Positions 13,875 through 28,548 of a stretch of DNA of 64,000 bases are shown here, one piece after another. Location: the NCBI GenBank assembly GCA_002633005.1, contig NMRA01000594.1, forward strand, positions 71,976-135,975, read 5' to 3'. How positions within the stretch are numbered: the stretch's first letter is position 1; each line of letters opens with the position of its first letter. Position numbers and translations under genes: made by a program. Source of the stretch: Phoronis australis. Lineage: Eukaryota; Animalia; Phoronida. The notes under the pieces are model-generated. The model saw only the letters and a list, made by a program, of their open reading frames with translations, was not told where the DNA came from and ran no database searches.

Positions 13875-13998
13875 AGTCGTTATCCCCCATTATCTAAACC
13901 GAGTGGATTTTGGAGAATTATCGCCCGAGTGGCGTTAGCCCCAATGGTGAGAATTCTACAAAATCCACGAGGACTCTAGATAAGGGGGCTAACGACTG
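13875..13998. repeat. Foldback inverted repeat, probably the end of a non-autonomous element
   Basis: agtcgttatccccc.ttatcta..gtggattttggagaatt pairs with aattctacaaaatccac..tagataagggggctaacgact. Confidence 0.65.
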
Positions 13999-14807
13999 AG
14001 AACATTCAATAATCTATTTATACCACATACTGAATGAGAAACATTGCAATGAATCGATCTACCTTTCTGGACTCGCTTCGGCTTTGTAACTACTTTCTAT
14101 GTCAGAGGCCCGGGGTTGGAGGTCGTGACCTTTTAAGAAAAGCCGAGATATTTTTGTAAAATAATGCTTTTACTCATTTGAAAAAAAAAACAAAATTGAA
14201 ATAAGGTGAATCTATAAATTAAGGTTCAGCAACTGTTATAGCTTACTACACATTTTATCACGCTAAGCTTCGACCGGGAATATATCGTCTGCTAATGTAA
14301 GTGACCACTTGTAACTGACTGTAATGCTCAAGTCAAAGGATCCCGACCACACGACACCTGCATTCAAATTGGAGATCGGTGATTTACAAGTGAGAGAACA
14401 CGAGAGAAAAAATTCATAGCGTATAATTGTAGGTGCAATGCCCTTTTGCTGAACATGCGATTATTGCGCGTGCTCATTTAAGTATTCTATTTTCACGTTC
14501 AATGACGTCAGCCGCTGAGTGGTGTAGTGGTAAAGATTTTTGCAGATATCATGACGTTATATGTATTGCTGACGATAACGTACGACGGAGCATCTCATAA
14601 TCGAAGTGGTAAGTTTTACGCCAGGTTTCCCAAAAATGAAAGTTCATCTGTAGAAGATGCATGTATCCCTAGATAGTGATATTTGTCTATGGATAGGCTG
14701 CATGTTAATTCAACTTGGTTATATGAGTCACGTCTCTTGGTGGTTCAGCTGGTAAAAAATTAATGGCTGAATATACGACTGACATTTCATACTCTTATAT
14801 ATCTTAC

Positions 14808-14898
<91 letters not shown>

Positions 14899-14900
14899 TA
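14808..14900. repeat. (TA)n microsatellite
   Basis: Direct inspection. Confidence 0.97.
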
Positions 14901-17726
14901 GATGTCTGTGTGAATATTGCCGTCATCCCTGCTCTACAGCCTAAACTCATAAAAGCATGTTAATGCGATATGGCAGATGTGCTGTTATGACGGTGAGTAC
15001 GAGCTTCAGAGCCATCCGAATACTGGAGTATCCCCTAGGGGCAACTTCGATATTTTACGTTTGTCTCTCCATCTCTAGATTTTCTTGACGGATTTCCAAT
15101 GCAAGGATTTGGCGAATAGAGTTCTATGTAGATGACAGTGCCATGTCATTTTCGGATTTATTCGAGATAGTTTATGCCATCTCCTGATTATTTTATTCAT
15201 TTTCAAGTCAATTTTCTAAGTGTCCGCCTCATTTTTCACCTTACTGGTTAAAGCATTATTATTAAGATTTACAGAGTGCGAGCTCCTGATAAATAGACCA
15301 CTGCTCATATTGGCTTTCGCCTGGTTTCGACTGCTACGGTGCCCTTAGTGGCGATTCTGTTTTTTTCTGTTCGCGGTCGTATCTCCTTAACCCCGATAGG
15401 TGCTTTGTGCACTCTGGCTATAGTGAGCCTACATGTACGGAGCTTACGACTTATTGACAACGAATATCTGGCCGATCCGCCCTTTAGTGGAAACTTTAGT
15501 TTGTATTTGAATCTGTATCTCCGGAGACCATGAATAGATTTTCTTGAAATTTGGTATAGCTGCTAATAAAAAGTCGACGATGTCCTTCAATGACGACAGG
15601 ATTCTTCGCATCATGCCGCCTGTCTTATACTTGCCTAACAGCGCAAAGAGTTTTTGTGAAGGTTGAGATTTGTGTTTTGATCAAAAATCAGACCTGAGGT
15701 TGATTTTCGGACGATTGAGTCTGCGCTGACGCCTCTTTGTGATGACACATTTCGCTGATCATGACTTTTCAACGAATCTGAATATCGCTGTGCCCACCAG
15801 TACCAATTTTAGTTTTTACTCTAGCCTCTGTATCTTCATTGTTAACTGTCGGTTTTTCATGATTTTTTATTAGATTTTTTAATTCCATTATAAAGACGAC
15901 ACGATCTTTCAATTTTGGGACGGACTTGTCGTAATCTGCGCTTTCTAGTGACTATTTTTAGTATTTACGATTCTGTTTTTTGTTGTCCGCCTCCGTATTT
16001 GTAGATCACGTCAGAAAACGTCCGTGAAAGTTGGCGCATGTGTTTGCACTAACAAAAGCAGGACTGAAGTTAATGCGAAGTGGTCCAACTTGCGGTGTGT
16101 CCCTTAATGACATACCTTGCATCTGAGACTGTTTCTCTTCTAGGATCGTTGGCAAGTTTAGCAAGTATATTCCTACTAACTTGACAACAAATCGACGGAT
16201 GTGCCTATTGCTTTGAACACTTTTGGAATGTGAGCTCCTTTTTTGAAATGGTGAAACGTGGAAAATGTTCTCTATTAATGAACCTGACACTCGTGCCCTT
16301 CTCAAAATTTAATTAAATATCTTGTACCATTTCAACAAGTCGTGCCAAGGTGCTGATTTCCGTTCAAATCACACATTCAAGATCATGAATCAAGTACCTT
16401 GTTTGCGAATTATATGGATATTTTGAGCTATGATTTTGTAAAAGACTGTATAGGTAAACTTGATGTCCTAGCAACTATTACTTCAAACAAGGACTAGCCT
16501 GCACGAAATGCGTCTTTAGTCATTGGAGGACTTGTATCACAACCTGGTTTCGTTCATAAGCCAGCGTCATCATTAGCCTAGTGCCTTCTCCCGCCAAAAA
16601 AACTACGGTTTCACCGCATGATTAGAATCAGTGTCATCGCAACCAAACCACCAGCTTATCAAAATTTTTGAAAACTGAAAATATCGAACAAGTTCACCAT
16701 GGACACTCACAAACGATGGAAACGCAACTTCGTTATCTTACCATAAAACCCTTCTCTGGTATGCCATCTCCCGCACGTGACCTATGCATTATGTTATTAG
16801 ACCTTGCGACCCCGAGGCTAGTTTGCAATGAAAATTTCCAGCAGCCTGCTCGGCTGACTTTTGGTCAACAGTTGTTTTTATCAAGCCTAATTTCGTTGCT
16901 TCATTTTCATTTTTATTATTGATCATTAAGCGAGACTCTTAGTTCAATACAACCTGTCCTTTTTCGGCTAAGTTAGTCAACAAACCCGATAATTACAGTA
17001 GTAATAATTTTTAATAACCGACCTGGGGCTCTGGTTGCAAGCCGGGAGTACACTGTAGTTTGTCCTCACATCTTTTCAGCTCCAGTGGTAGAACAACTTT
17101 CCTATTCAACTATATGCTAGGACTTTTTCAATACGACATTTTTGGGCGTTAAAATCCTGTTACAGTATTTTACTGAAAGAAGTGACGTTTGGCCTAAACG
17201 AAAAGTTTCGACCCCAAATACGGGTGTGTTTACGTAACTTTCGAAAATTTACTCATAACTGCTTAGCTGAGTGTGTGTGTTGGTGGGTGGGTGCGTGTGC
17301 GTGGGTGTATGCGCGAGGGTGTGTATGTATTATAAGTGTTTTCAAATGTTTCTATAATAATTCATTTGTTTAATGTTTATCTGTTGCCCAGACTCAGGTA
17401 TTCGAAACGATCAATACCTACCAATAAGATTATCAATCTTTTGATTGTCCAGAACTGACAGAAGGCTTTCTAATGCATTTCGGTTGAAAAATGGCGAAGT
17501 TACGAACAGTTTTGGTGACTTTAAATTCCATAGCAAATACACACACAAACGAATCCAAACAAGTCTCACCTATGCCCGGCACAACTTCAGCGGCTTCGAA
17601 ATCGGATTTAACATTCCAGTGCTAGAGTTTATGATCTCACAATGTTATTTGGGACAGCCGACAAGCAGTCAGAAATGATAGCCGTCAGCAATTGTTCTTG
17701 AAAAGCTGATTGAATGTCCGTTGTAG

Positions 17727-17894
17727 CCTCACTCCCTGGAATGTGGGAAAGAACCATCACTATATGCAGCGCCGGTAAGTGGTTTTACGATGACAGGTTG
17801 GAGGATGGGCTGGTGTTCAGGTCCGAAGGAATTCATAAAGGAATGTGGGAACGTCGCAAGATCCTGTTGGGGTCCAAGTCCAACAATGAGTCAG
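17727..17894 (+). CDS. KYAT: KYAT exon containing the PLP-binding Lys (SAGK); +1 frameshift
   Basis: ttgtag/gtaaga boundaries; ASLPGMWERTITICSAGKW then, in the shifted frame, FTMTGWRMGWCSGPKEFIK...PTMSQ; 168 nt where 167 is needed. Confidence 0.9.
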
Positions 17895-19940
17895 GTAAGA
17901 GAAGGAAGCAAAGGCACCAGATATAAGTGAGGTGTGCTCTTTATCGAAATAACTATTGTCTGCTCGACGCGGGTGTGCTTACTTTCTGCATCTCGGCTTA
18001 AAATCTCTCTTGAAGGACACTTGAGTTTCAATAAGTGGACATTAAAGACAACAATTTGGCATTTAAAAATCAATGTGTGTCCTACAAGTGGTAGACCGAG
18101 TTTTTTGCTTATCTATTGGCTTTATCTTATGAATAACTGGTTAAAAGTTGTTTGACATCTAAATGAATTGTTCCATGTTTTAAAGCTTGAAATATGATTA
18201 GGGAATTTGTGTGGCGGAAAGACAACTGAGAAGCACAGGCGTCTATAAATGCAAATTTTTCAATCATCCTGTAAAATTTCCAAACCCCAACTGAAGGTCA
18301 CACTTCGTCTTAATGTCTAAATTGTTGTAAAGGCACTAGGGTCTAATCTGAGCACATGTACACGAAAGTCGACTCGAAAATTGACCAATTGAATGTCGCA
18401 CTTCAAGCAAAATTACGAATTTGCCATCGAATTACGCAGCACTATTGATTCAAGTTCAAGTGTAAATTGCTTTAACCAATTGAACCCCGGCTTTAGAACA
18501 GGCCAACATAGATGTTCCAAAAAATGTAATCTATCTTTCTGAATGTGTTCCAAAGTGGAACATACTTCGTTACTTGACAAAAGTTACCATTGTGTGGGAT
18601 GAGTTAAGACACGATTGATGACAATGGTGGGAATGTGTGTATCTATTTTATTACGGAACAAATAGACGTGTACATAATTTAATAAAGCTATGTCCTGTAT
18701 TTTTGTATTTATTTCTTGTAAATGCTACCGCCCACATTGCAGTGAAACAAATTGACAGTAACTATGAGCGCATGAATTATAACATGTTACCTAAGTACGT
18801 CTTTCTTTTCATCTCAGCCTCCACCAAAGATTTACAAATGTTTTTCAAATCATTACAGTTTTGAGAGTTTTACAATACTAATAGTTTTCCAAAACTAACG
18901 TTATTGATATTCGACGTTAACTATTTCTGCGGATGTCTGTGAACAGAGGATATTCCAGCAAAATTGTATTTCGTTTTCTATCTTCGAGGTGTTACACCAG
19001 TGACATACTTTGACCCACTATATCTAAAATATAGTTCGGTCATTCTACGGATGACCAGGAAATAATTGCAACAGAAGGTTTTATTGCATAAATCGTATCC
19101 TCTCACACCCCTTTGTGTAAGAAAAAAAGTTTACCTGATGGCGGACAAAATGGCCGGAAGATTTGCAGATGACCATTGTAATTTGAGAGTGGAATGTGAT
19201 AGAGTAAAAATTCAAAAAGGTATACCTATCGTTTGTGAGTCAACAAATCTATAGGAAATAGTTTAACATGGCTGTGGTGACACTGTCTGTCATTTCCCAA
19301 GATGGTCGCCAAAACTACTTCGAATTTCACAACTTCGTCGCATGAACAGATTAGTGTATCGTCTTGCTTCAAACATTCATTTGCATCATAGGTTTTCCCG
19401 GTCAACTAATCCATTGAGACTCTTTGCGTTTAGCTCTAACGATTTCTACCACCATTTTCTAAGATGGCAACCAACTAGTTGATTCGTGTAAGAACTTCAT
19501 ATTCCAGAGACACTCCATCTTCACAGATTTCATATCCTGAGTTTTTTAGTTCAACACGTCCAATGAAATATTGTTTGCATGGCTCAGATGATTACGAGTA
19601 CCATGTTTTAGATTGCTAAACAAACTTAATTGCGTGAAAAACATCATGTTCGTCTTGACTGAAAGGTCTATCTCCTCTTGGCAACTGTGTAGTATCGAAA
19701 ATTAAAATTAATTTAGTGAACTGCTATCCACACGGTCTGTATCACCGCCAGGCAGTTGTAAATGCTAGTGAATACAGACAGACGGAAGGTTTAGCAAAGT
19801 GTGTTTAGCAAGTTAAACAGTTTATAAGCACATGTACCGCTCTCACAAGGCTACTCATTAGTGATGTTACAAGGATGTCCGAAGCAGTCATTTTCAGCCG
19901 GTGATGAAAGTCTATACACAATTAACCAGTATTTACACAA

Positions 19941-21290
19941 CTAATTTCTGTTAACTGAGATTGAATTGCTGCAGCTTATGCCACTGCATTCTCCACATGT
20001 AACCGAGCACGGCAATTCTAACTCTCTTGGAATTGCAGTTGGTCTTATACTGTACGAGCATCTTACTACTTTCAACAGGTTCCCTTGTGCTGCTGGCTGG
20101 CCCATCGTGGGAATGAATATACATATTGCAGGTTTTTTAACAGATTTCAAACTGCCAAATGACAAATAGTTTATGTACTTTGACCCTACCCACTTTGGTT
20201 TAACTCTTTTAACAAACTCTTTAGACACATACATGTACATGTAGGACTGATCTGAGTCACTATCAAATAACACTACGACAAGAGACTCACCAGAGCTACC
20301 AACAGCAGTCTGCAATAAACTAGTCGATTTTCTTCGGTTAGTGAACCATGTGGCTGTAGGATCAGTTGACATCTTGGTTGCAGAATTGCTAACATCACTG
20401 TCGCACAACAAATAATGATGAGCTCCATTGCAATTTTCCCAACACATTTTGCAATTGCGCGCAACATGCCCCTTCTTGAGGCACCTGAAACACAGGCGCA
20501 ATGCCTTAAATTTGTCGAGTCGTGATGTTGGTTCAAAGTTCATCAAGTCCCAGCATTTTTATGTACCATGCTTTCGTTGACAACATGAGCATAAAAATGC
20601 GGAAGTAATGTGTTTGACTACACGCTATTCCCTACTAAGATGAACCTTAGGCTTATCACTCAGTTTCAAGAATGCATCTGACCTGCCTTGACGGTAAACG
20701 TCAGCATGTAACATATCCAACAAGAACTGCAGATCACCTTCCCTTCCCTCGGAGTTCCTCGCCCACTACAGCCTTTCTTCATCTGGCAATCGGCTAACGA
20801 TGACTGGAGTCAGAAGCAGTCCAAACTGATAACCATCGAAGCCAAGTGATTCTAGACTTCTTACATGGGCGTTCAGTTGGTCGAGCATTGTCCACAATGT
20901 AATGACGTTGTTTGCATTCACTGACGGTGTGAACAAGTTCAACAGTTCTTGCGTATGACAAAAAATATGTTTTTCTTTTCTGCCATAACGGTTGACTAAC
21001 AACTCTAGTGCGTGTCTATAATTGTGTTCAGTCAGTGCCAAACCCTTCATACACTCCAACTCTTGGCTTTCTAACAAACTTTGCAAATTAATTTTCCGGC
21101 AGATTTGGGTTCTGGTGAATAATGGCCTCAAACTTATCATAGAATGTCTGCCATTTTTTGAGATTACCACTGAACGTCAGAAACTGTATCTTTGCTAAAC
21201 TAGTGGTCATTTTTATGGTTTTGAAATCGTTTTTATTGTCTGCCTCTTCATCTATCAAACTGCTCAATGGACTATTAGGAATCATACTTG
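19941..21290 (-). mobile_element. BEL/Pao LTR retrotransposon gag-protease remnant, in a KYAT intron
   Basis: FSGNLKKWQTFYDKFEAIIH and LTEHNY..ALELL.NRYG (DUF1759-like), LCFRCLKKGHVARNC and C.G.HH.LLC zinc knuckles, LLQTA..LFDSDSDQSY protease-like motif; many frameshifts. Confidence 0.9.
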
Positions 21291-22319
21291 TTGTGTTCTT
21301 ATGAGAAGACCATTTCTGGGATTGATTTTCGGATAGATACGAGACCTGTGGCGTCCCCCAGTGGTGACTTTTTGTTTTTCCCGAAATGGCTATAGCTTTT
21401 GATTTCTTTGCATGATTTTTGTGAACTGTTACAAGACAGTGTTGTCTTTTAGATGTGGCAATGGGTGTCCATGACTTTTTGGGCTGCTCTGACTACAGCC
21501 AACGTCCCCCAGTAGCAGTTTTATTTTTGTTTTTGCCACTATATCTTCTGAAATTCTCGACGTTTTTTGAAATTTGGCAGACTATTTTCTATAGTAATGA
21601 CAGCCCTTTCCAATTTGTGATGGATTTGACGTATTTTGTGCCCACCTAGTGGCCATGTCAATTGTTTTTCAGTCTGCTTTTGTCGTATGCTTCTGAATCT
21701 GTCGAACCACTCAGAATATCGTTAAGAAAATTGGCACATGTGTTCTTACACGCATGAGCTTGCATGACTTGGATGGATTTTCAGATGGGTCCAACTACTG
21801 TGGTGCCTCCTAGGGACATTATTTTCGCATCAGCTTCTGGACGTACTAAACTACTTGCAATATCATTATTTGTCAAGTCAATTTCTATTTCTATTTGTAT
21901 TATCTCCGCAACAGATGGACTGATTCGACTACCGTTGCGTCTTCTTATGAAAATTTGTTTTGTAACACCTGCCTCTGCATCTTTGGGGTTTCTGGGTGTA
22001 TTTTCTGGAAAGTTGACTAATAATTGTGTAATGGAGTCGATGATTTTTGATGTATTCCGTGCCATTTGATAGTCATTGAAATGATACTAAAAACACGATT
22101 AAGAGCACACCACTTGTGTAGCAGTCGTGGTCGCTTTTTAAAGCCCAGCGTTGCACTTGTTATAAAAATTTGCAAGTTACATTACGGGACATTCTGCATG
22201 TAAAATGCTTAACATATATCTAACCACACGGAAAATGATTTTTTCTCGCTGACATGGGGAGAGGATGAAAGACCCACGGTCTGATTATTGTACTCTTAAT
22301 GCTGTTTGCATTTTACCAG

Positions 22320-22509
22320 GTGGCGATAGCAAACTGCATCGAGCACGAGATGAACAGATTTGGAAGCCCAGAATGTTATTTCACTTCCTTGTCTCGAGAA
22401 ATGGCGACAAAGCGCGACAGGTTCGCGTCACTTCTCAAGGAAGTCGAAATTCGACCAATCATACCGGACGGAGGTTACTTTCTCTTGTGTGACGTGAGTG
22501 AGGCACTTG
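22320..22509 (+). CDS. KYAT: KYAT exon
   Basis: ttaccag/gtaagc boundaries; VAIANCIEHEMNRFGSPECYFTSLSREMATKRDRFASLLKEVEIRPIIPDGGYFLLCDVS. Confidence 0.93.
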
Positions 22510-25500
22510 GTAAGCCGCTACTTGATTTCCAGCTCTATTAACTTACATGTACATTAAAGTTATCTCAAGTCTTATTTAGTGACCTCCATTCTAACTCATA
22601 TAACGAGAAAATAGACTATGTCAACTAATCAAAGTATATATTTTCTTACAGAATGAAGACCAGATATTTGAAAAAATATGATATTTATAAGCATTGTTAT
22701 TATTACGATACCAAATTTTGGTTTTAAGAAATGTACACTCAGTACAAATATCCCCGTTGTCTATTTTAACCTGACCCATTTGAAATGGAAACTTCACATG
22801 TTACCCCAAAACGCTGTTAGGTATTCTTGATTACTCATTTGGCTTTGTTTCTATGCCAAATTAACTATCAAAGCGTAACACATTTTTGCTTTAAATAACA
22901 GTTGTATTCGTCTATCTTATGTGCTCAAAAACTAGGCGTTTAAAAGGAAAATCACCAAACAGGTGAATCAGTATTAAATTAGGAAAGTTTCTGTACTGTT
23001 TTCGAGAACTCATATTCCTAAGTTTCAATTCAGGTTTGATTTTCCGAAGCCGAGAAAAAGCCGGAAACGTTGCGAGTCATTATTCGATGAAAACTTGTTT
23101 TGGTAAATATCACCATGTTCTTGCCTTGTTAGCAATATGAACATTCACTCGTAATGTTAACTGAAGTGATGGGCGTAATTTACTTAAATATCACTAATTT
23201 TGTTAAGTCAGTTGACATTGAAACTAGTGAAACTTTGTTAGGGGAAGAGTTAACCTTTTAACCTATTCAAGTATGTCAGCAGTACATTGTGATAAACAAC
23301 ACATGCCGCAGCGCGCACCGAGGGGACTGAAACCCCGACCAACCCGAGATCAAGAACGCCCGGAAGGCGATCGAGAACGAAATTTGGCGTTGAGAAGCGA
23401 AGCCAGGCAAGGTGAGTAAATTTGATGAAATTTCGTTGTTTTTACTTCCAATGTGAAAACAGAGACAGGATTTCAATACGTATCTCACTGAGGAAGTACA
23501 GGGAGAGGTTTAGGCCAGTGTCGTCTCCAATTATTGGAGAAAAGTTGAGTTAACCGAGGTATTGCATGAGCCGAAGATGACTTCTATGTCATTTTGCAAA
23601 TTGCGGTTACTTTTGGCGCTTTATCAATAAATTGACCATTGAATTAGGAAAAAATGACGTGTGAAAATATAACGCAACGCACGATTTTCGTAGTTTTGCC
23701 ACTTTCGGCACTTTTCTGTCGAGAGAAGGCATCGAGAACGCAAAGATAAGCGGTCTGGAACGCAAATTTGTGTCTGTTTATGTGATCTGGACCGCATCGT
23801 GGTGTGTCGAACATTAATGAACTTTTTACTTATGAAATGTGATAAAGGTTAAAATATAAGTGTGGTGCAATGAATTAATCACACTTTGTGTCGTTACTGT
23901 GTTTCCATTAAATTGCCGTGAGCACTACATGTATATCAAGCACACTATTTTAGCTGTCCTTGTAGATATTTTCACAAATGAATTTATTTTTCATTTCAGG
24001 CAACAAATTCAGTGCTGTTATTGTGAGGCGAGGTTCAACGAACATGTTACCCACGGTGGAGTGAAGGTACATCCTACCAGGGTTTTGAAATACAGACATC
24101 TACTCCGAGACGATACCTTTGGGAACAAGGGGTTCCAAACTAAGACTCGCCCAGTAATTGTTCCATAATGCATGTCTTCTTGCAAAATTTTGACAGTAAA
24201 ACAAAACAGAAAACATAGCGAGTGAAGTCATAGAATGGCGATGAGCTTTCCCATGGGAAGAGAGAGGAGTGTTTCCCGCTCATGAACGGCTGGTATTTAA
24301 GAAATTGTCAGAAGTTGTGTAAACTGTTGTGCTGATAAAACGGATGAGATATTGCTTGTTGTTTTACTGATAACATCAATACAGAAATAAAACGATTGAC
24401 TTATGGTTCTTGTGTGGCTTGTATGTATGTATTGTTTTACTGTTCTGTTTTCGTAGTCTTGGTCATAAGATCATCGTGCATCTTCTGTTCATGATCTCCA
24501 ATTTAGTGTGACATTGAAAACGAGTGAGGGAGTTTAAATGTATATAATATAATGTGAATTTGTCAAAACGTAGTCAACATATTGTTTTCAACGTCATTTC
24601 AAGACATATTGCAACACCATTTCCATAATAATGTTAATATTTTATCACATATACCTCAAAATTGGTCATACAAAAAGATGTAAAATATTGTTTTAAGGAA
24701 ATAGACATTACAAAACCATTGAACATTTCCTATGAATTAATTTTGGACTGTATTAAGCTAAATCATCACTGAATTATGGACAATGCATTTGGGACTGGCT
24801 GATAATATAAAAAGTCAGGAAATCAAAAACAATATGAAAACAATTTCTGCAATAAACATAGACACGATTTCTTTTAAAATACTAATTGGCCAAAACAATT
24901 GTATGTAAATACTGCCCAATGACACTTAGTATGGCCATTTAAATCTACTGTACCTAAACGCCACAAAATGAACTACTTCTGTTAAAGATTCTGTTGAAAC
25001 AACATCAATATAGAAAGAAACTTGAAAAAACAAGGTTCTACACAAAACGTCACATCACACAACTACCAAGCATAAACTATGTAGATGTGAATAAACAATA
25101 GTTAGTTAACATCCTTAATCACTGGACTTAATGACTTCATCCATGACGTTTCTGCTTATTATGTCTGCAGAAGGAGGTGTACTGTTTGCATGACATGCCC
25201 CATTCATCACTAAAAGCAGTGTCCTCGTACTGCGTCACAGAATGGTCAGGCTCACTCTTTCCGTGAAACATTGGTCGCAGATAGGACCCTGAATCGACTT
25301 GGTTCCTGAGTGCGTTCCTTCACACTGTGATTTCTAACATCGGTGTCAGAATAAATATTGATTAAGTAATTAATCAGCATAGATAAACTTTAAGTTGCCC
25401 AAAATTTGTGCATATATACTTTTAAATCATGGGGTCAAACATGTTGACATGCACTTTAACGTCAAAATCTATTTTAAATGGTGTTTACAACTTTGGACTC

Positions 25501-26937
25501 TGAGTTGAAAATACTCTAGAGATTCTAGAAAATTCTGGGAACAAACTGTAACAGCCAATGATATGGTTGGATACGATTATGTGTTTTTTATTAACCATTC
25601 ACTAAATAAGTATAGCATTATAATATGAGTTTGAGTCAACAAGATATTCAGATGAGGTATAGTAGTTGAAGCATAAAGACTTGCTACAGTGTACAGAGGA
25701 AATTGTACATCAGAGTCATTTCGTTGGAGACTCTAGAAAGGATCTTGGCAAGGGCAAGGGTTAACTAACAGGTAGTTAACTAAGAGCTTGTCACTTGCAT
25801 CGTGGGCAGCAGAATACTACTTGAAGTGTTGCGTCACTAGCCAGAGTCTGTGACCAGCAAGATGAATCGCGTGAAAAAGAAATTGCCTGCAAGTTTTGCA
25901 TCACCACAGACGGTGACCAGCTAGTACACTGTCGTCATACAAAGTGTGTAGTTCGAAGATTCACCAAAAGGACAGTCATCGAACAAGTGGAGAGTCCTAA
26001 CTTGGATAGCAGATAAGACATTCGATTATTTTGGTTGATTGATTGAGATAATCTTTAAAGAGAGCGCTATTGTAGTTACTCTTCTTTGTAGTTGATTACT
26101 TAATTAACAACAGGTTTCACTTGTCCAATTAGGGGTTATCATATAATAAATTAATTACTGGGTTTAATTATTCACTCTCCATCTACGCACAATCTCAAAG
26201 CATAGGTACCTTTTAAACAAACCCACCGTCAATCGTCTGGCAATCGGTAAAAAACTCTTGACGCATGCAACACGCCAATCATGGGGCTGGTAAAGGTCTT
26301 GCTTGCTGAAGTGTAACTGTGTTTTAATGCCATGCGGTCATACTTAGTTGATTTTTAGCTCCAGAACGAAGCTCCTAAAATAAACACACACGCTCCTTGT
26401 GAAATGCAGCAGTTGTATTACTCTTTTTTAAGGCGTGGATGTTTACGATCTGAAGGACTCATCGTGTGGCTAAAATCGAACTCATTCTGTTGTGATTATT
26501 AGGCTAAATCTTACAAAGAAATCATGAAAACCGTAAAACATAATTAAAAATCAACCAATCAACTAATTCAGGGTCCGTTTTATTCTGAAATGATTGACTT
26601 AGTACCGTAAGGTAAATGACACTTCAGACCAATGCAGAGAAAACATATGTGCGTTCAAAATCGCTTTTTTGCGTTCACGATCGCCATACAAACATAACAA
26701 CTTCGTTTCCAATCGTTGTCTCGCACAAGGACCTACTTGTATTGGTAAATATGTCGAATTGCTTCACCAATAATGTGTCAAAAGGGGCGATTAAGCAAAA
26801 AATGTCACACTTCTCTGCCTAAGAACCCTGGAATTGCCAATGACAAGTAGAAATTATCGATTATACGAGGCGCAAGGTATTTTACCGAGAGCCATTGCTT
26901 TCTGCGCTCTTTATTTTAAAAATAAGCAGAAGACCTG

Positions 26938-28548
26938 GGCCTGGTCTCCAATCTCCGTACTCAGACTCATACTCATACTCATACTCGAGAGTTCATACTC
27001 AAAATCGTGCTCACTGGAGTCGTACTCAAAAAAGCAAGCGTATCTAATGTCCAAACCTACTCAAATCTGACACTCATACTCGAGTTGCTATATATAAATC
27101 GGTAAATAAAACAACAAGAATGGATGAACTGAAATTTGAAATTTTCGGAGGTAACAACTTCCTTTATCAACAAAAACAGATAAAGGAAGTTGTTACCTCC
27201 GAAAATTTCAAATTTCAGTTGATCCATTCTTGTTGTTTTATTTACCGATTTATATTCTTCATTTCACGAAACAATAGTATCCTTGGGAGGATCTGGATCG
27301 CCTTATTTAGTTTCAGATATATTTTCTACGAGTTGCTATGGAACTCTTTATGATGTGAAATGCAAAATCACGCAAAGCCGCGCTGATTCATCGCTCCCTA
27401 TTGGAATAGACCACCCCAAGAACAAGGCCTACATTATCGTCTGCTGTCGCTACAACTACAAGAGTATGTCTATAACGTGGAATTCTGAGTGTTCTGTAAC
27501 TGTTATTAATTTTTTTAGTTTCAATAAATATTCTTGTGCCATTTCTTTGATACATTTGGCAATTATTACACTTTACTTCTTGAGTTCCTCACCCAATCAC
27601 GAAAATGTCTTAAGAAATATGTAACAGCTTATCACATCACATCTCTAGCTATTTTAGTCTTGACATAAAACCCATTACTGTGTAGGCCTACGCTGATGTC
27701 AAACTTAGATATTGTATCTTTGCATTTTACCGGGATGTATCAAGCGAGTTGACATTTGGCACGTGAGTTAAAAAACAATACTTGCGCAGGCATTCAGAGT
27801 TCACCAGTGGCAGTGAACAGGACGAAACGTCTACTTAGAAATCGGCAAACAAAATCTGGAATTCCATTTGGGGATTGAGGAATTATAGATGACTAAGTTA
27901 TGATGAGAAATGTACCTGACAGGGAAGCGAACTGTTTTTAACTTACCTCCCCTCCTCGTCTTTTGGAAACCCTACAAAACGTACCGAAATAAGGGCATAA
28001 CAAACTTCTCAAACGACTTTTCCCACAACTGCTTTCTACGCTTGTTATGACTCGCCGACAAGGGATTACAATGCGCCTGTTGCCAGAAATTGTAGAGGTA
28101 GAATTGCGGCCATAACGTACAGTGATACGGCGGGTTAATAAGGTGAAGAATAAGAAGATTTAAGATGAAAACTATTATCTCTGAACTGAAATTGAAGTGC
28201 TGAGATACGGTAAGAGGACTTATTTTTTAGATTTGTTGTGTTTCTTGGTTCCCTTTCGATACTTTGTTCTCTGGCTCGTATTTATTTTCGAGTACAATTT
28301 CAAGCACACTGCCACACCAAACTTGAAATTTGAGCATTGACTACGATATTTTACTCAAAATCGTACTCGAAATATAGATGAGATACACTTCAGTTCGAGT
28401 ACACTCGAAAACTGAGTACGTGCTCGAAATTTCGAGTACAGATTTTTCGAGTATGACATTTAATACACCAAAGCTGGGTCTGTATTCGAGTATGAAGTGT
28501 GAGTTTGAGCATGATTCGAGTCTGAGTACGGAGATTGGAGACCGGGCC
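26938..28548. mobile_element. Harbinger-like non-autonomous DNA transposon with (TACTCR)n subterminal repeats
   Basis: About 30-bp TIR GGCCTGGTCTCCAATCTCCGTACTCAGACTC / GAGTCTGAGTACGGAGATTGGAGACCGGGCC; CTG duplicated on both flanks. Confidence 0.85.
27092..27255. repeat. Near-perfect long palindrome (about 77-bp arms, 10-nt loop)
   Basis: Arms are reverse complements with one mismatch; loop aacaaaaaca at 27169-27178. Confidence 0.95.

Noticed and set aside
14763-14963. YI-repeat ORF
   Set aside because: Translation of a (TA)n microsatellite
21300-22112. Minus-strand 94-aa ORF preceded by a PBS-like TGGTG
   Set aside because: Possibly the 5' part of an LTR element, but I could not identify LTR ends or a gag motif
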